From the human T2T-CHM13v2.0 reference genome, Homo sapiens: a stretch of 64,000 nt of DNA. Location of the stretch: NCBI RefSeq assembly GCF_009914755.1, contig NC_060936.1; one strand, written 5' to 3'. Below the pieces are notes generated by a model. The model was not told the origin of the DNA. It made no database searches and worked only from the letters and a program-made list of their open reading frames with translations. Made by a program: the position numbers and the translations under genes. Position 1 is the first letter of the stretch; each line of letters opens with the position of its first letter. Positions 29,593 through 46,599 of the stretch are shown piece by piece.

Positions 29593-31458
29593 GGTGTTGG
29601 GGGAGGGGGCTGGGTGGAGTCTGTATGTCTATCTCACTTTTTTGAGGGGTGGTGGAGTTAGAATTGTTTTTAATAGCAACATTCTACATCTGTGTCACAT
29701 CTGTTTACAGATTACTATATTCTTAGCAGAGTAGGAAGAAGCTACATAAAGCTTCAAGTTCAATGCTGGGAGCCACTACCAGCTGGAAATCAGACATGGT
29801 TAAATCATAATCACCTATGTATAGTTCTGATTCCTTTCAGTTGAAAAAGGCATTGGCACAGTTTACATTAGTTCTTTTCATGCATCTATTTTAAAGGAAG
29901 AGAAACTCAGCAAAAAAGTTTATCACTATAAAAAAATAAAGCACCAATTTACTTAAATCTGGTTAAAACGATTAGAATTAACAATAAAGTATGAGGTCAA
30001 TTTGACAGGTTTCAAGTAGTTCTTGTACTTAAAATTCCATTTAGGGATTTAACTAGATTACATCATTAAATGATCTGGCAAATTTCATGTAACAACATCA
30101 ACAATTAAACTTGTTAATAAAGTGTTAACAAAGTGCCATGGTGCCAAGTGTTAATAAAGTACCATAACAAAATGGCAGAGAAATGGCCAAAACCTCACAT
30201 CTTTCTTTCATCTCTTATTGTTTTTTCAATACTATTTGTGTGATTATTTAATGTCTGTCTCCCACATCAGACAACAAGCTCTATGAAAAGAGGAAACCTG
30301 TGTGTTCTATTCATTCCTATATACCCAGCACTTCAGTATAGATGACTGACAAAAACTAGGCACTCACATATTAATTAAATGACTGACACTGCAGTCATTC
30401 AATATAAAACTTATTTCAAAAACTTACAAAACCTACGTGAAGTATCTAAAACTTTTTTTTTTAACCAATCTTAATCCCTTATTTGTGTGCTTTTTACAAT
30501 GGAAGAGAAGAGAAAGATCCTAGGATATAACTTTTTAGGGCGGAGCAACAAACATACTGGTTAGACTGACTTTTTTATCAATATTATAACTTAATCTTAC
30601 AGATATCCTGGATTCAATAAACCATATTCTTAATAAGCTAGGAATTCCCTTAATCCACTTAGCAATAAGAAGTAACTGAAGGTTCTTCCCCATAATTTAT
30701 ATAATTTCCGGAACCTTGTGTGCTTCTTAAATTCAGTATTTCTACCATAAGTATTCTCCATGTATTTAAGCTGCAAAACTGTAAGTATTTAAATATCATA
30801 ATGGTCTAAACAACTACTGTGAATTTTAAAACTGGGTAAAATCAAATCAAAATGAAAGAGGTAACCTTGCTTCAGAACATTTGTATATAAAAAAGAAAAA
30901 AAAATCAAGGTTTATCATAGAACATTACCAAAGAACAGCCCCACTGAATAAATAGTTCCCATTTTCCCTTTGAGTTCATATGCCTTAAATTTGTTTCTGT
31001 TTAAGTATCAGTTACAATAGATAAATTGGCTTGGTATAAGACACAAATTGCTATTTAATGAAGCACTCTACCTCATTTCTCAAACTCTAAATGCTGCCTA
31101 CAAGTTGAAGGTGATAACGCCACCGCATTTCTGCTGGCAACAGACTTGGCTCCATTAAGACCTGGCAACCTCTATTCCTTGTTACAGATAAAAGAGTTCA
31201 CCGCAACTGAATATATTAAACTGGTATCTCAACAGAAATTACTAAAAATTTTTCATTCTTAACAGGGGTTTTTATTTTACTTGTTCCACAGGAATATTTT
31301 TTCATGTTCAAAAGGAAGATAGTACATGCATTGATTTCTATTTACTAATTTAATTATTTAACTGGAATTATATGTAACTCTTCAGAGACTCATGTGTAAA
31401 AGTAAGGTTCAAATTTAAAAAAAAAAAAAAAAAAAAGACACTAGGGGAAAAAACTTAC

Positions 31459-31584
31459 CGGCAAGAACAATCTCTGCGAAGCACATGGTTTAAAGAGTTT
31501 TTTCCACTCTGCTGCATTCTCACTTGGAAAGGTTATGGGGTATAACGTATAATTAAATGTTTGTAGAAATGACCAGTTGTCAAG
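31459..31584 (-). CDS. GXYLT1: GXYLT1 exon 4 (126 bp): [42 protein letters not shown]
   Basis: Acceptor TTTTAG|CTT, donor CCG|GTAAGT. Carries the [16 protein letters not shown] motif typical of GXYLT/Shams. Confidence 0.97.
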
Positions 31585-32439
31585 CTAAAACAATTAAAAA
31601 AAAAACTGTTTAGTTTCACTCTGAATTTTCTCTGTAAAATCATAAAACAACAGATTATAAAACAAAAGAGCTAAAAATTAAGATAATATACATTTTATGC
31701 TGTAAAATTAAAGGAAAGATTCTTCTGTTCCACCACTGTATTTGTTTTCATTTAAAATCTAAAAATCAAAATTAGATCCCAGACTTCCCCATTAAGATCT
31801 GAAGCATAATGAAAGTTATCAGGGTCCAACTCCCAAAATCAGAAAGGTGAAAGACCCTCGCAAGTTTGTCTTCCTCAACTTTACCTAATGTGTAAATTCT
31901 CTTAATCCATTAACAAGCTAAAATCAGAAAAATTAAGCACTAATATTATTACCACCATATATACGATATGAAAGATGCTTACATTCAAAGTCAGACCAAA
32001 TATGAAACTAGTTAAAAAATATTTGTCCATCAATGCATAGCTTTAATATGCCTAAATATTTCTGAGAATATTCTGATACATAGCCAATGCCAATTTTTTA
32101 AAAATTATTACAAAAAGCAAAATGTATCTGAAAATCTATGATGAACATGTTTACACTTAGTACCCTAAATGCATTTCAAGATACTGAATTGTTTCTAATT
32201 CAGTTTAAGTATTATCTCTCATTCTTATTTCAACAGAATTACTGATTCAAATTTCCTGAGGAGCATTAAGAAACAATCTATGGGGGGGAAAAAACTAAGT
32301 AGTTTATGTACAGGCTGAATAAAATCTCTTTTGAATTATGATAGTGTTTAAGTCATTTCTAAAACACTAATATCTTCCAATATAGTTTAAGGGAATGCCT
32401 TTACTTCCAACACTCTGCTTTGGTGTCTCTGATTATTTT

Positions 32440-32612
32440 ATTTTATTATTGTTTTGAGACAAGGTCTCACTCTGTCACCCAGACTGGGCTGAAGTGCAGT
32501 AACATGATTATGGTTCACTGCAGCCTTGACTTCCCAGGCTTGGGTGATCCTCCCACCTCAGGCCTCCCAAGTAGCTGGGACTACAGGTGCATGCCACCAC
32601 AACCAGCTATCT
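32440..32612 (-). mobile_element. Alu right monomer (FRAM/AluJ)
   Basis: Right arm only. Confidence 0.82.
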
Positions 32613-33015
32613 ACTAATTATTGTAAAATACTAGCACTGTCATTTCCCTGCTCCACTTATTAATCACTTAAAGATCTTTTCAATACCAACTTCAAAATAA
32701 AATCTTAGTCACTTTCATTTAACATATAATAGTGCTCTTTCATGTACTAAAAGCATGTTCCATAAAATATTTGATATTCTTTCATCAAAAGCAAAACCAA
32801 ACATTCTCAGTGATTATTACAGTCAAACGAAAACTAAGTTCAAAAATATAGTATATGTTACACAAACAATAATTCAGCCAGGTGTAAACACAACACAGAG
32901 GCTGCACCTAAGATAATGCAATAAATGTTTTACTTTTCTATTATATTTTCAAAGACTCCCAAAATTGGCAGCAGTCTATTACTATTCTCTTAACCCCTAG
33001 GACAAGATTAATTCC

Positions 33016-33489
33016 TCAATATTTTAAAAAACAATCCAGGGAGGAGCCAAGATGGCCGAATAGGAACAGCTTTGGTCGACAGCTCCCAGCGTCAGCAACG
33101 CAGAAGACAGGTGATTTCTGCATTTCCAACTGAGGTACCGGGTTCATCTCACTGGGGAGTGCCAGACAGTAGGTGCAGGACAGTGGCTGCAGCGCACCGT
33201 GCGCGAGCCGAACCGGGGCGAGGCATCGCCTCACCCGGGAAGAGCAAGGGGTCAGGGAATTCCCTTTCCTAGTCAAAGAAAGGGGTGACAGACAGCACTT
33301 GGAAAATCGGGTCACTCCCACCCTAATACTGCGCTTTTCCAATGGGCTTAAAAAACGGCACACCAGGAGATTATATCCCTCACCTGGCTCAGAGGGTCCT
33401 ATGCCCACGGAGTCTGGCTCACTGCTAGCACAGCAGTCCGAGATCAAACTGCAAGGCGACAGCCAGGCTGGAGGCGGGGCGCCTGCCAT
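33016..33489 (-). CDS. L1 ORF0 (antisense 5'UTR ORF), open for 157 codons; translation unproven
   Basis: gcaATGG Kozak context. MAGAPPPAWLSPCSLISDCCAS... matches the primate ORF0 N-terminus. Confidence 0.6.
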   Translation of the reverse strand: MAGAPPPAWLSPCSLISDCCASSEPDSVGIGPSEPGEGYNLLVCRFLSPLEKRSIRVGVTRFSKCCLSPLSLTRKGNSLTPCSSRVRRCLAPVRLAHGALQPLSCTYCLALPSEMNPVPQLEMQKSPVFCVADAGSCRPKLFLFGHLGSSLDCFLKY

Positions 33490-33700
33490 TGCCAAGTTAG
33501 TTGTTTGATTAGGTAAACAAAGTGGCCAGGAAGCTCGAACTGGGTGGAGCCCACCACAGCTCAAGGAGGCCTGCCTGCCTCTGTAGGCTCCACCTCTGGG
33601 GGCAGGGCACGGACAAACAAAAAGACAGCAGTAACCTCTGCAGACTTAAATGTCCCTCTCTGACCGCTTTGAAGAGAGTAGTGGTTCTCCCAGCACGCAG
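33400..33700 (-). promoter_or_regulatory. L1 antisense promoter region, co-oriented with GXYLT1
   Basis: Located about +400 to +600 of a full-length L1PA 5'UTR, just upstream of the ORF0 ATG. Activity is inferred from family knowledge. Confidence 0.55.
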
Positions 33701-34079
33701 CTTCAGATGTGAGAACGGGCAGACTGCCTCCTCAAGTGGGGTCCCTGAACCCTGAGTAGCCTAACTGGGAGGCACCCCACTGTAGGGGCGGACTGACACC
33801 TCACACAGCCAGGTACTCCTCTGAGACAAAACTTCCAAAGGAACCATCAGGCAGCAGCATTTGCGGTTCACCAATATCTGCTGTTCTGCAGCCACTGCTG
33901 CTGATACCCAGGCAAACAGGGTCTGGAGTGGACCTCTAGCAAACTCCAAACTCCAACAGACCTGCAGCTGAGGGTCCTGTCTGGTAGAAGGAAAACTAAC
34001 AAACAGAAAGGACATCCACACCAAAAACCCCTCTGTACGTCACCATCATCAAAGACCAAAGGTAGATAAAACCACAAAG

Positions 34080-35083
34080 ATGGGGAAAAAAACAGAGCAG
34101 AAAAACTGGAAACTCTAAAAAGCAGAGTGCCTCTCCTCCTCCAAAGGAATGCAGCTCCTCACCAGCAATGGAACAAAGCTAGATGGAGAATGACTTTGAC
34201 AAGTTGAGAGAAGGCTTCAGAAGATCAAACTACTCCAAGCTACAGGAGGAAATTCGAACCAATGGCAAAGAAATTAAAAGCTTTGAAAAAAAATTAGATG
34301 AATGGATAAACAGAATAACCAATGCAGAGAAGTCCTTAAAGGACCTGATGGAGCTGAAAACCAAGGCATGAGAGCTATGTGACAAATGCAGAAGCCTCAG
34401 TAGCCAATGCGACCAACTGGAAGAAAGGGTATCAGTGATGGAAGACGAAACGAATGAAATGAAGCGAGAAGAGAAGTTTAGAGAAAAAAGATAAAAAGAA
34501 ACGAACACAGCCTCCAAGAAATATGGGACCATGTGAAAAGACCAAATCTACGTCTGATTGGTGTACCTGAAAGTGACGGAGAGAATGGAACCAAGTTGGA
34601 AAACACTCTGCAGGATATTATCCAGCAGAACTTCCCCAATCCAACAAGGCAGGCCAACATTCAGATTCAGGAAATACAGAGAACGCCACAAAGATACTCC
34701 TCAAGAAGAGCAACTCCAAGACACAGAATTGTCAGATTCACCAAAGTTGAAATGAAGGAAGTGCAGCCAGAGAGAAAGGTCGGGTTACCCTCAAAGGGAA
34801 GCCCATCAGACTAAGGGCGGATCTCTCGGCAGAAACTCTACAAGCCAGAAGAGAGTGGGGACCAACATTCAACATTCTTAAAGAAAAGTATTTTCAACCC
34901 GGAATTTCATATCCAGCCAAACTAAGCTTCATAACTGAAGGAGAAATAAAATACTTTACAGACAAGCAAATGCTGAGAGATTTTGTCACCACCAGGCCTG
35001 CCCTAAAAGAGCTCCTGAAGGAAGCACTAAACATGGAAAGGAACAACCGGTACCAGCCACAGCAAAATCATGCCAAAATGTAA
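34080..35083 (+). pseudogene. L1 ORF1, disrupted
   Basis: ATG at 34080 followed by an A7 run (+1 frameshift against consensus), a TGA at 34369 and a short deletion near 34760. ORF fragments MENDFDKLRE and KRPNLRLIGVPE are present. Confidence 0.92.
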
Positions 35084-35146
35084 AGACCATCAAAGCTAGG
35101 AAGAAACTACATGAACTAACGAGCAAAATAACCAGCTAACATCGTA

Positions 35147-38966
<3,820 letters not shown>

Positions 38967-39724
38967 ACAATGAGAACACATGGACACAGGAAGGGGAACA
39001 TCACACATCGGGGACTGTTGTGGGGTTGGGGGAGGGGGGAGGGATAGCATTAGGAGACATACCTAATGCTAAATGATGAGTTAATGGGTGTAGCATACCA
39101 GAATGGCACATGTATACATATGTAACAAACCTGCACATCATGCACATGTACCCTAAAACTTAAAGTATAATAATAATAAAATTTAAAAAAAAATCCAGGT
39201 AAAGAGATCAAGATCATAAAATTATCTAACAAAAATACAGATACTAAAAATATTTTTAAACAGTAAGAAGGTATACTTTCATATACCACTTATAACAGTA
39301 AGAAAACTTTTATACCTTTTAGTTTTCTGCCAAAAAGTATAAACGTTTTTGGCAGAAAACTGAAAGATCTGAGCTCATAATTAGTATTTTTGCACTTGAC
39401 ATGCAAAATGAACTGATTTAACCTGAAAAAAACATCAAATATATTTTTTACATAGACCAAGCATAAAAATCCAAATGAATTTAAAAGCTTAATTAAGTGG
39501 ATAGATGTAAACAGACAATAGAGAGGGAGGAAAGAGAAAATATGAATGATCATTAGCATCACCTTTACCACCATCTCAGAACAAAAGGTAGTGAGATTTC
39601 AGGTGAGTTTTCTTTTTCTTATATGTTCTTCTGCCTCTATCTGTTCTCTTATTGTACAATAATATTTTGTTGTTGTTGTTGTTAAGGAACTTACAAGGCT
39701 GACCTGATTAAAGAGTATATATTC

Positions 39725-40085
39725 CACTGTAACAGCTAGGCATGGTCATATGACTAAATTCAGACCAATGGGATACTGGCAGAAATGTCACAATGACTTC
39801 TAGAAAGTACCCTTAAGGATACTGCCCTTCTTCACTCCCTCTCTGAATAGAATATGGGTGCAATGGTTGGAGTCTGAGTAGTCATCATGGACCATGAAGC
39901 AGAAGCCTCATGTTAAAGATGGCTCAGCCACAGTAAGACGAAGCCAGAGTATCTGAAGATAAAGAATTGCCATATAATCCAGACTACCTACTTTTATGGG
40001 AGAGAGAAATAAACTTCAATCCTGTTTAAGCCACTGTTATTTTGGGTTTTCTGCCACTGCTGCCAAATTGATTTTAACTAATACA
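39725..40085 (+). mobile_element. MLT1J-like LTR
   Basis: agaaataaacttc...gtttaagccactgttatttggg...taataca 3' end. Confidence 0.65.
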
Positions 40086-40466
40086 AAACCAAAATAAATA
40101 ACTTTCTTATCAGAACCAGAAGCCACTTCCCGCCATATTATTAATCAAGAATTCTCTCCTCTCAAAACAGGATTAAAACCTTTATATAAGCTCTGATTAA
40201 GGCACTCCCAAGGAAAGGATATAGACAAAATAAATCATAGGATTTCTCAGTCCTATGACTAAACATCCTGGAACTAGAGTCACTAAAATAAAACCTCCAT
40301 TTTTGACAAAGAACTTACTTTTAAGTAGCCCACTGCTGTTCAAAAATGAACCTTCCTCTTTCACGTTAGATCTGGACTCAGATGGAAGTGGTTCAAGGAG
40401 CACTCCCCACTTACAAGGGCAGTGTTACAGAATAAATATTTTTGTGCAATTAAGAAATAAAACAAC

Positions 40467-40823
40467 TGATATGGTTTGGCTCTGTGTTGCCACTCAAATC
40501 TCATCTCAAATTGTAATTCCCACGTGTCAAGGGAGGGACCTAGTGGGAGATGACTCGATCATGGGGGCCGTTTCCCCCTTACTGTTCTTGTGATAACCAT
40601 CAGTTCTCATGAGGTCTCATGGTTTAAAAGTGTGGTCTTCTTTCTCTTTCTCTCTCTTCTGCTGCCATGTAAGACATGCCTTACTTCCCCCTTTGCCTTC
40701 TGCCATGATTCTAAGTTTCCTGAGGCCTCTCCAGCAATGCTGAACTGTGAGTCAATTAAACTTTTCTTTATAAATTACCAAGTCTCAGGTAGTTATTTCT
40801 AGCAATGTGAACAGACTATTACA
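40467..40823 (+). mobile_element. THE1D-like MaLR solo LTR
   Basis: tgatatggtttggctctgtg...gaacagactattaca. 5-bp TSD acaac/acaac. Confidence 0.9.
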
Positions 40824-40892
40824 ACAACATTCTATTATAGTATATTATTAAATATTCAACTCTACAACCTTGACTATGTCTCAAATACTTAC

Positions 40893-41064
40893 TCTGCCTT
40901 TAAAGCTATGATGTAGCTGATCTTCAGCAAAAATATGGAATTGAAGAGGTTTGATGCTGAAAATGATAGCTGACTTCAACATGGTCATAGTTTCTTCCAG
41001 TCTTTCACCACAGGCAACTACAGCTAGATGCATTTTCTCAACAGGCTGTATTTTCAGACTGTAC
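40893..41064 (-). CDS. GXYLT1: GXYLT1 exon 3 (172 bp): YSLKIQPVEKMHLAVVACGERLEETMTMLKSAIIFSIKPLQFHIFAEDQLHHSFKGR
   Basis: Within ORF 40881..41093(-). Acceptor TTTCCTATTAG|G, donor AGA|GTAAGT. Confidence 0.97.
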
Positions 41065-41151
41065 CTAATAGGAAAGAAAACCACATTTTTCAACAGTTTT
41101 AGTATATGTTTACAATGTGTACTTTCATCATGCTCAAAAAGTGAAGCTCAA

Positions 41152-41700
41152 AGCCAGATGTTGTGACTCATGCCTGCAGTCCCAGCTACACGGGAAGCTA
41201 AGGCAGGAGGATCACTTGAAACCAAGAGTTCAATGCTGCAGTAAGCTATGACTGCATCACTATACTCCAGCCTGGGCAACAGAGCCAGACCCTGTGAAAG
41301 ACAGAGAAGAAAGAAAGGACAGAAAGAGAAGAAAGAGAAAGGGAAAGGCAAAGGGAAAGGGAGGGAGGGAAGGAAAAAAAAAAGAAAGAAAGAAAAACTG
41401 AAGTTCAAAATTTTTATTTATAAAACAAACTAGGCCAAGTCTGTAATCCCAGAGCTTTGAGAGACCAAGGCAGCAGGGTCACTTCAGTCCAGGAGTTCAA
41501 GACCAGCCTAGGCAACATACCGAGATCCCATCCCTACAAAAAATACAAAAATTAGCCAGGAGTGGTGGCATGCACCTGTAGCCCCGGCTACTCAGGAGGC
41601 TGACATGGGAGGATATTTTGAGCCCAGAAGATAGAAGCTGCAGTGAGCTGTAATTGTGCCACTTTACTCCAGACAGAGCAAGATCCTGTCTCAAAAAAAA
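41152..41700 (+). mobile_element. FRAM (41152-41297) with a GA-rich tail (41298-41396), then AluJ (41432-41700)
   Basis: Alu arms and an (AAAG/GGAA)n low-complexity tract. Confidence 0.87.
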
Positions 41701-42345
41701 GAATGTATTTATTTAAAAAATAAGAAAAGGGCAAACATCAAATTACAAAACATTTTAAAAATGTTGAATCAATCACGTATTTCCACACTCTCAACCAGCT
41801 CTTCTCACCAATTTTCCTCCTTTCAAACTACAGAACACACAAAAAATGACAACTTTCTCAATTCTCCCAAGAATACATAACTAGCACCACTGTGGCTGCC
41901 AGTAAATAAATTAATTCATTACTCACATTAGATGCCTTAGGAAATCAGAGCTTAACTCTCTCAAGGAACCCATTGAGAAAGATAGATTTGAAGGTCTTTC
42001 ATTCAATTTTTTAAAAACATTGTTATTAAAAAAAAACCCTTAAAAACATTCTTACTTCATATGAAACCTCTCCCCATACCACCTCTCACCAACCAACAGT
42101 TCACTGTAAAGCAAACCCAGTCATAATTTCATCCATAAATGTTTCAGTATTACATTCAATCTTAAACCATGCTGACTACAAGAAAAAATGTCCTTCACAT
42201 TAATAACACACATTCATTCCCATTTACCAAATATCTAGGAAGATGTAAACACTTCTGAGATGGTCTAAAACATGCTAGTCAAACACTAGTATGTCTTTAG
42301 AATCTACTTCTAACACAGTGCAGCAGTGGATACCAACAGGCTTAA

Positions 42346-42771
<426 letters not shown>

Positions 42772-43241
42772 TAATTAGAAAGAAGCAATGTCTCTTCCCT
42801 TGTTTGTACCCTCTGTCCTTTGCCCTCTTTTGTGCTGAGCCCATCAGTTCATAACACTGAAACTAATGATGGAGGGGAGACTTTCTACTCTTTCTACGTC
42901 TATAAAGAGGGGACATGAATCCAGTTCATCTCAAAAACAGTGGAAGCCACAATGACAAGTTAAAAACTAGGCAATCAAGACATGACAATTTTTAGAGAAT
43001 TCTAAATTACCTCATCTTTCCAGTAACTGCCTCCAGATCCTACTTGTCATTACAGCATCATGATTTAAGAATCAATAACAGGCTCGGATTGCTTTACTGG
43101 CCCATAGCTAGATCTTGCCCCAAAGTCAAAGGCCAAGAGAAGATTTTAAAAGTAAGGCATAATAGTCATATGCTGTTTTGTAGAGCATCAGCTATATACA
43201 CAGACAAGAAGTATATTAAACCTAAAGAAACATTAGCCTCA

Positions 43242-43515
43242 AGGCCGGGCATGGTGGCTAACACCTGTAATTCCAGTACTTTGGGAGGCCAAGTTGAGAG
43301 GACCGCTTGAGGCCCAGAGTTTGAGACCAACCTGGGTAACACAGCGAGACCCAGTATCCACACACACAAAAAAACTAGCTGGGTGTGGTGATGCACGCCT
43401 GTACTCCTAGCTACTTAAAGGCTGAGGTAGGAGGGTTGCTCGAGTCCAGGAGTCCGACGTTGCAGTGAGCTGTGAGCATGCCACACTGCACTCCAGCCTG
43501 GGTGCTGGGCGATGT
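43242..43515 (+). mobile_element. AluJ
   Basis: Dimer with a degraded tail. Confidence 0.88.
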
Positions 43516-44186
43516 CTTAAATAATAATATACCCAAATGTTTCTCAAGGAAAAAAAAAAAATCCCTCTAAAAATCAGTCTCAGGAACTCCTCCCAGGTAT
43601 TTCAGCAAGGATTGTTTTGGTCACACTGCCAGCACTCCTTTCACCAATTTCTACAGGAGTACTGTCAACTACATCACATTTCCTCTTCTGTTTGGGATCC
43701 TTTTTAGTGAAAGTATTATATACAGTACAGGCTCAACTCCTAAACTGACCACAAAAAACACGGTTAAAAGATGTCTCTGACAACCACCCTACCCCTAGAC
43801 CCAAAAGACAGGAAAATCAATTGCAACTGGAAAAAAATCTAAAGTAAGCTTCTATATGATAGGAAGTGATAACTAAAACCTTCTAAGCAGTTACAGGGAA
43901 GCAGTCATTCAAATAATGTTGGCCCCAATTGAATGGCGGAATCTTGCCAGGGTCTACAAAAATCTTTCTTTCGGTCACAATATGAACAAAAGAAAAGTCC
44001 ATCTGGATTTAAAGAAATGTAATAGAAGAGGAGATTTTAAAGTCAAGCCTATTTTTCTACAGATATACAATTAGAAGAAATTCGTCAGATGATTCAAAGA
44101 TAATATCTGAGGGTTCCCATGGTTAAAGCTGGCATAACCTGAGTATGAAAAGTATGACAGTAATGAATGATAGTGTATTAAATTTA

Positions 44187-44495
<309 letters not shown>

Positions 44496-44499
44496 AGTG

Positions 44500-45385
44500 A
44501 ACACATCGTCAAAAAATGATATTAAATAAAGGGGTAAGAAGAGGGAACTCTTCTTTTTTTAAAGATGAATACCAACCAATAAATGCAGAAGAAATGAGAG
44601 AATTATAAAATTCACTATTTTGCAATCACCATTGTAACAGATAATCTGGACAAAAATAATCAGTGGATGCTAAAACTACGTACTAACAAAATATTTCCCC
44701 CATATATTATAAAGGAGATAAAAGCACTGTTACAGTGTAGAAATGCAAGAACATCACCTTAACCATGTGATCAAACTTAATAATATTAAAACTTAAGGCA
44801 TCAAATGTCTCCTGATAGCATGCCCAAAGAAGAACACAATATCCCATGCAGTAATCCTGCCAAAAATCCTGAATCTAATAATAAGTAGACAGTCGGCAAA
44901 TCAAAATTAAGGGACATTCTGCAAAACAAAAACAAAAATATCACAAAAGATACCAATAACAGCACCCCTTTTCACCCCAAAAAAGGCTGGGGAACAGTTC
45001 TAGAATAAAGGAGACTAACTCAACCTGAGTTGAATGCAATGTATGGTCCTTGACTGGGTCCTGAATGGGGAGGAAAAGATACAAAGGACATTAACAGGAA
45101 AATAAGAAAATAGGAATAGGAATATATATTCTATAAAGTGTTAAATAACTTAAAGTGACAATTATGGCTGTATTAAAGTATGTCCCTGTTCTTAGGAGAT
45201 ACATGCTGAATCTATGTATTTAGGGGTGTGTCCTAATGCCTGCTGTCTCTCAAATGGTTTGGCAGAAAAAGAAAAGTGGTAAAATGTTAATAATAAATAT
45301 CTAGGTAAAAAATGTATGGTATGCTTACTGTACTATTCTTGTAACCTTTGCATATTTGAAATTTATCAAAGTAAAAATTTAGGAG
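44500..45385 (+). mobile_element. L1MC4/5-like 3' end
   Basis: caccttaaccatgtgatcaa...tgtccctgttcttaggagatacatgctgaa...tgtactattcttgtaac. Confidence 0.6.
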
Positions 45386-46599
45386 GTAGGGGTTTATCAT
45401 AAAAAAAGAATGCTTTACATAACAAATTTAGATGCAAATACTGTTAATAAACTTCTAAGTCTTAAGAATTGACTTCTTATTTTAAGTAAATTTCTGCTAT
45501 AAAGGAATCATAATAACTTTTTTGATTTTGTTTTATTTCACAGTATGATCTCCAGTGTGTTCTTATAGCCTATTATTAAATTAGTATTCCCTATTTAAAG
45601 AGATACATAATTAGACTACAAACTACCATTGAAGTATATAAAGTCAAATTAAACAATTAAATTTCAAATAACCATCTACTAAAACTAAAAAAGAACTGCC
45701 ATGAAGCTATCTTTAAAAACTTGCAGTTGAACAAAATGGAAAGCTTTTTTGCTTAACCTGTTATGCTTAAAAAGAAAAACAACACCTTTTTCTCTTACTA
45801 TTAAAAGAGTTGTTCCCAGCAACACATAATGGACTAAAAGAAAGAAAAAAAAAAAAGAGTTGTGCTAAATTATCATACCAGGCAAAATTACTTTCATGAG
45901 TTACATATAAAACACTTTCAAAACAAAATACTTAAAAAAAAAAGCTAGGATTTTTATATAAAGCATTAAAAAAATCTAAAAATCCAACATGAAATATAAG
46001 TATTAACTTCTAAAATATAATTTTAAATAACCAGTGAAAATATATCTCTTAAAACTGGTATGAACTACTCAAAATAATACAGCTAATATTAAATTCACCT
46101 ATGACCACAGAATTCACAAATCTAAAATCAATTCCCACCATAAAGAAGATTCAATATTTTAAAGAACTGATTTTTTTAAAAACTAAAGTCATAGAAAAAT
46201 TAGTACATTAAAACAAAATATTTCTGATATTTTGATAATTCTAAAATTTAGAGTTTGTATAATGAAAGTAAAATAAAAAAACAAATTAGAAACTTATTTG
46301 CAATCAATGGCAAAACCGAACATATTATTCTAAGAGTTCATAAAATAAACATTAAAAATTCAATAGATAACTATCAATATCAAATAGATGATATACAGAA
46401 CAAAAGAAAAAAGCTAACTAAATGTGGAAATACATTCAACAAATAATCAACAAAAAGCTATCATTTTAATAAGTGATAAAATTATAATTCCCAATAATGC
46501 TAAGGTTATGATGACCCCAAGTACACTCACACAATGCTGGTGCAGGCTTACAGCCATATAATTTTTAAAACACAATTTAGTGATATAATTCATTCTTTT

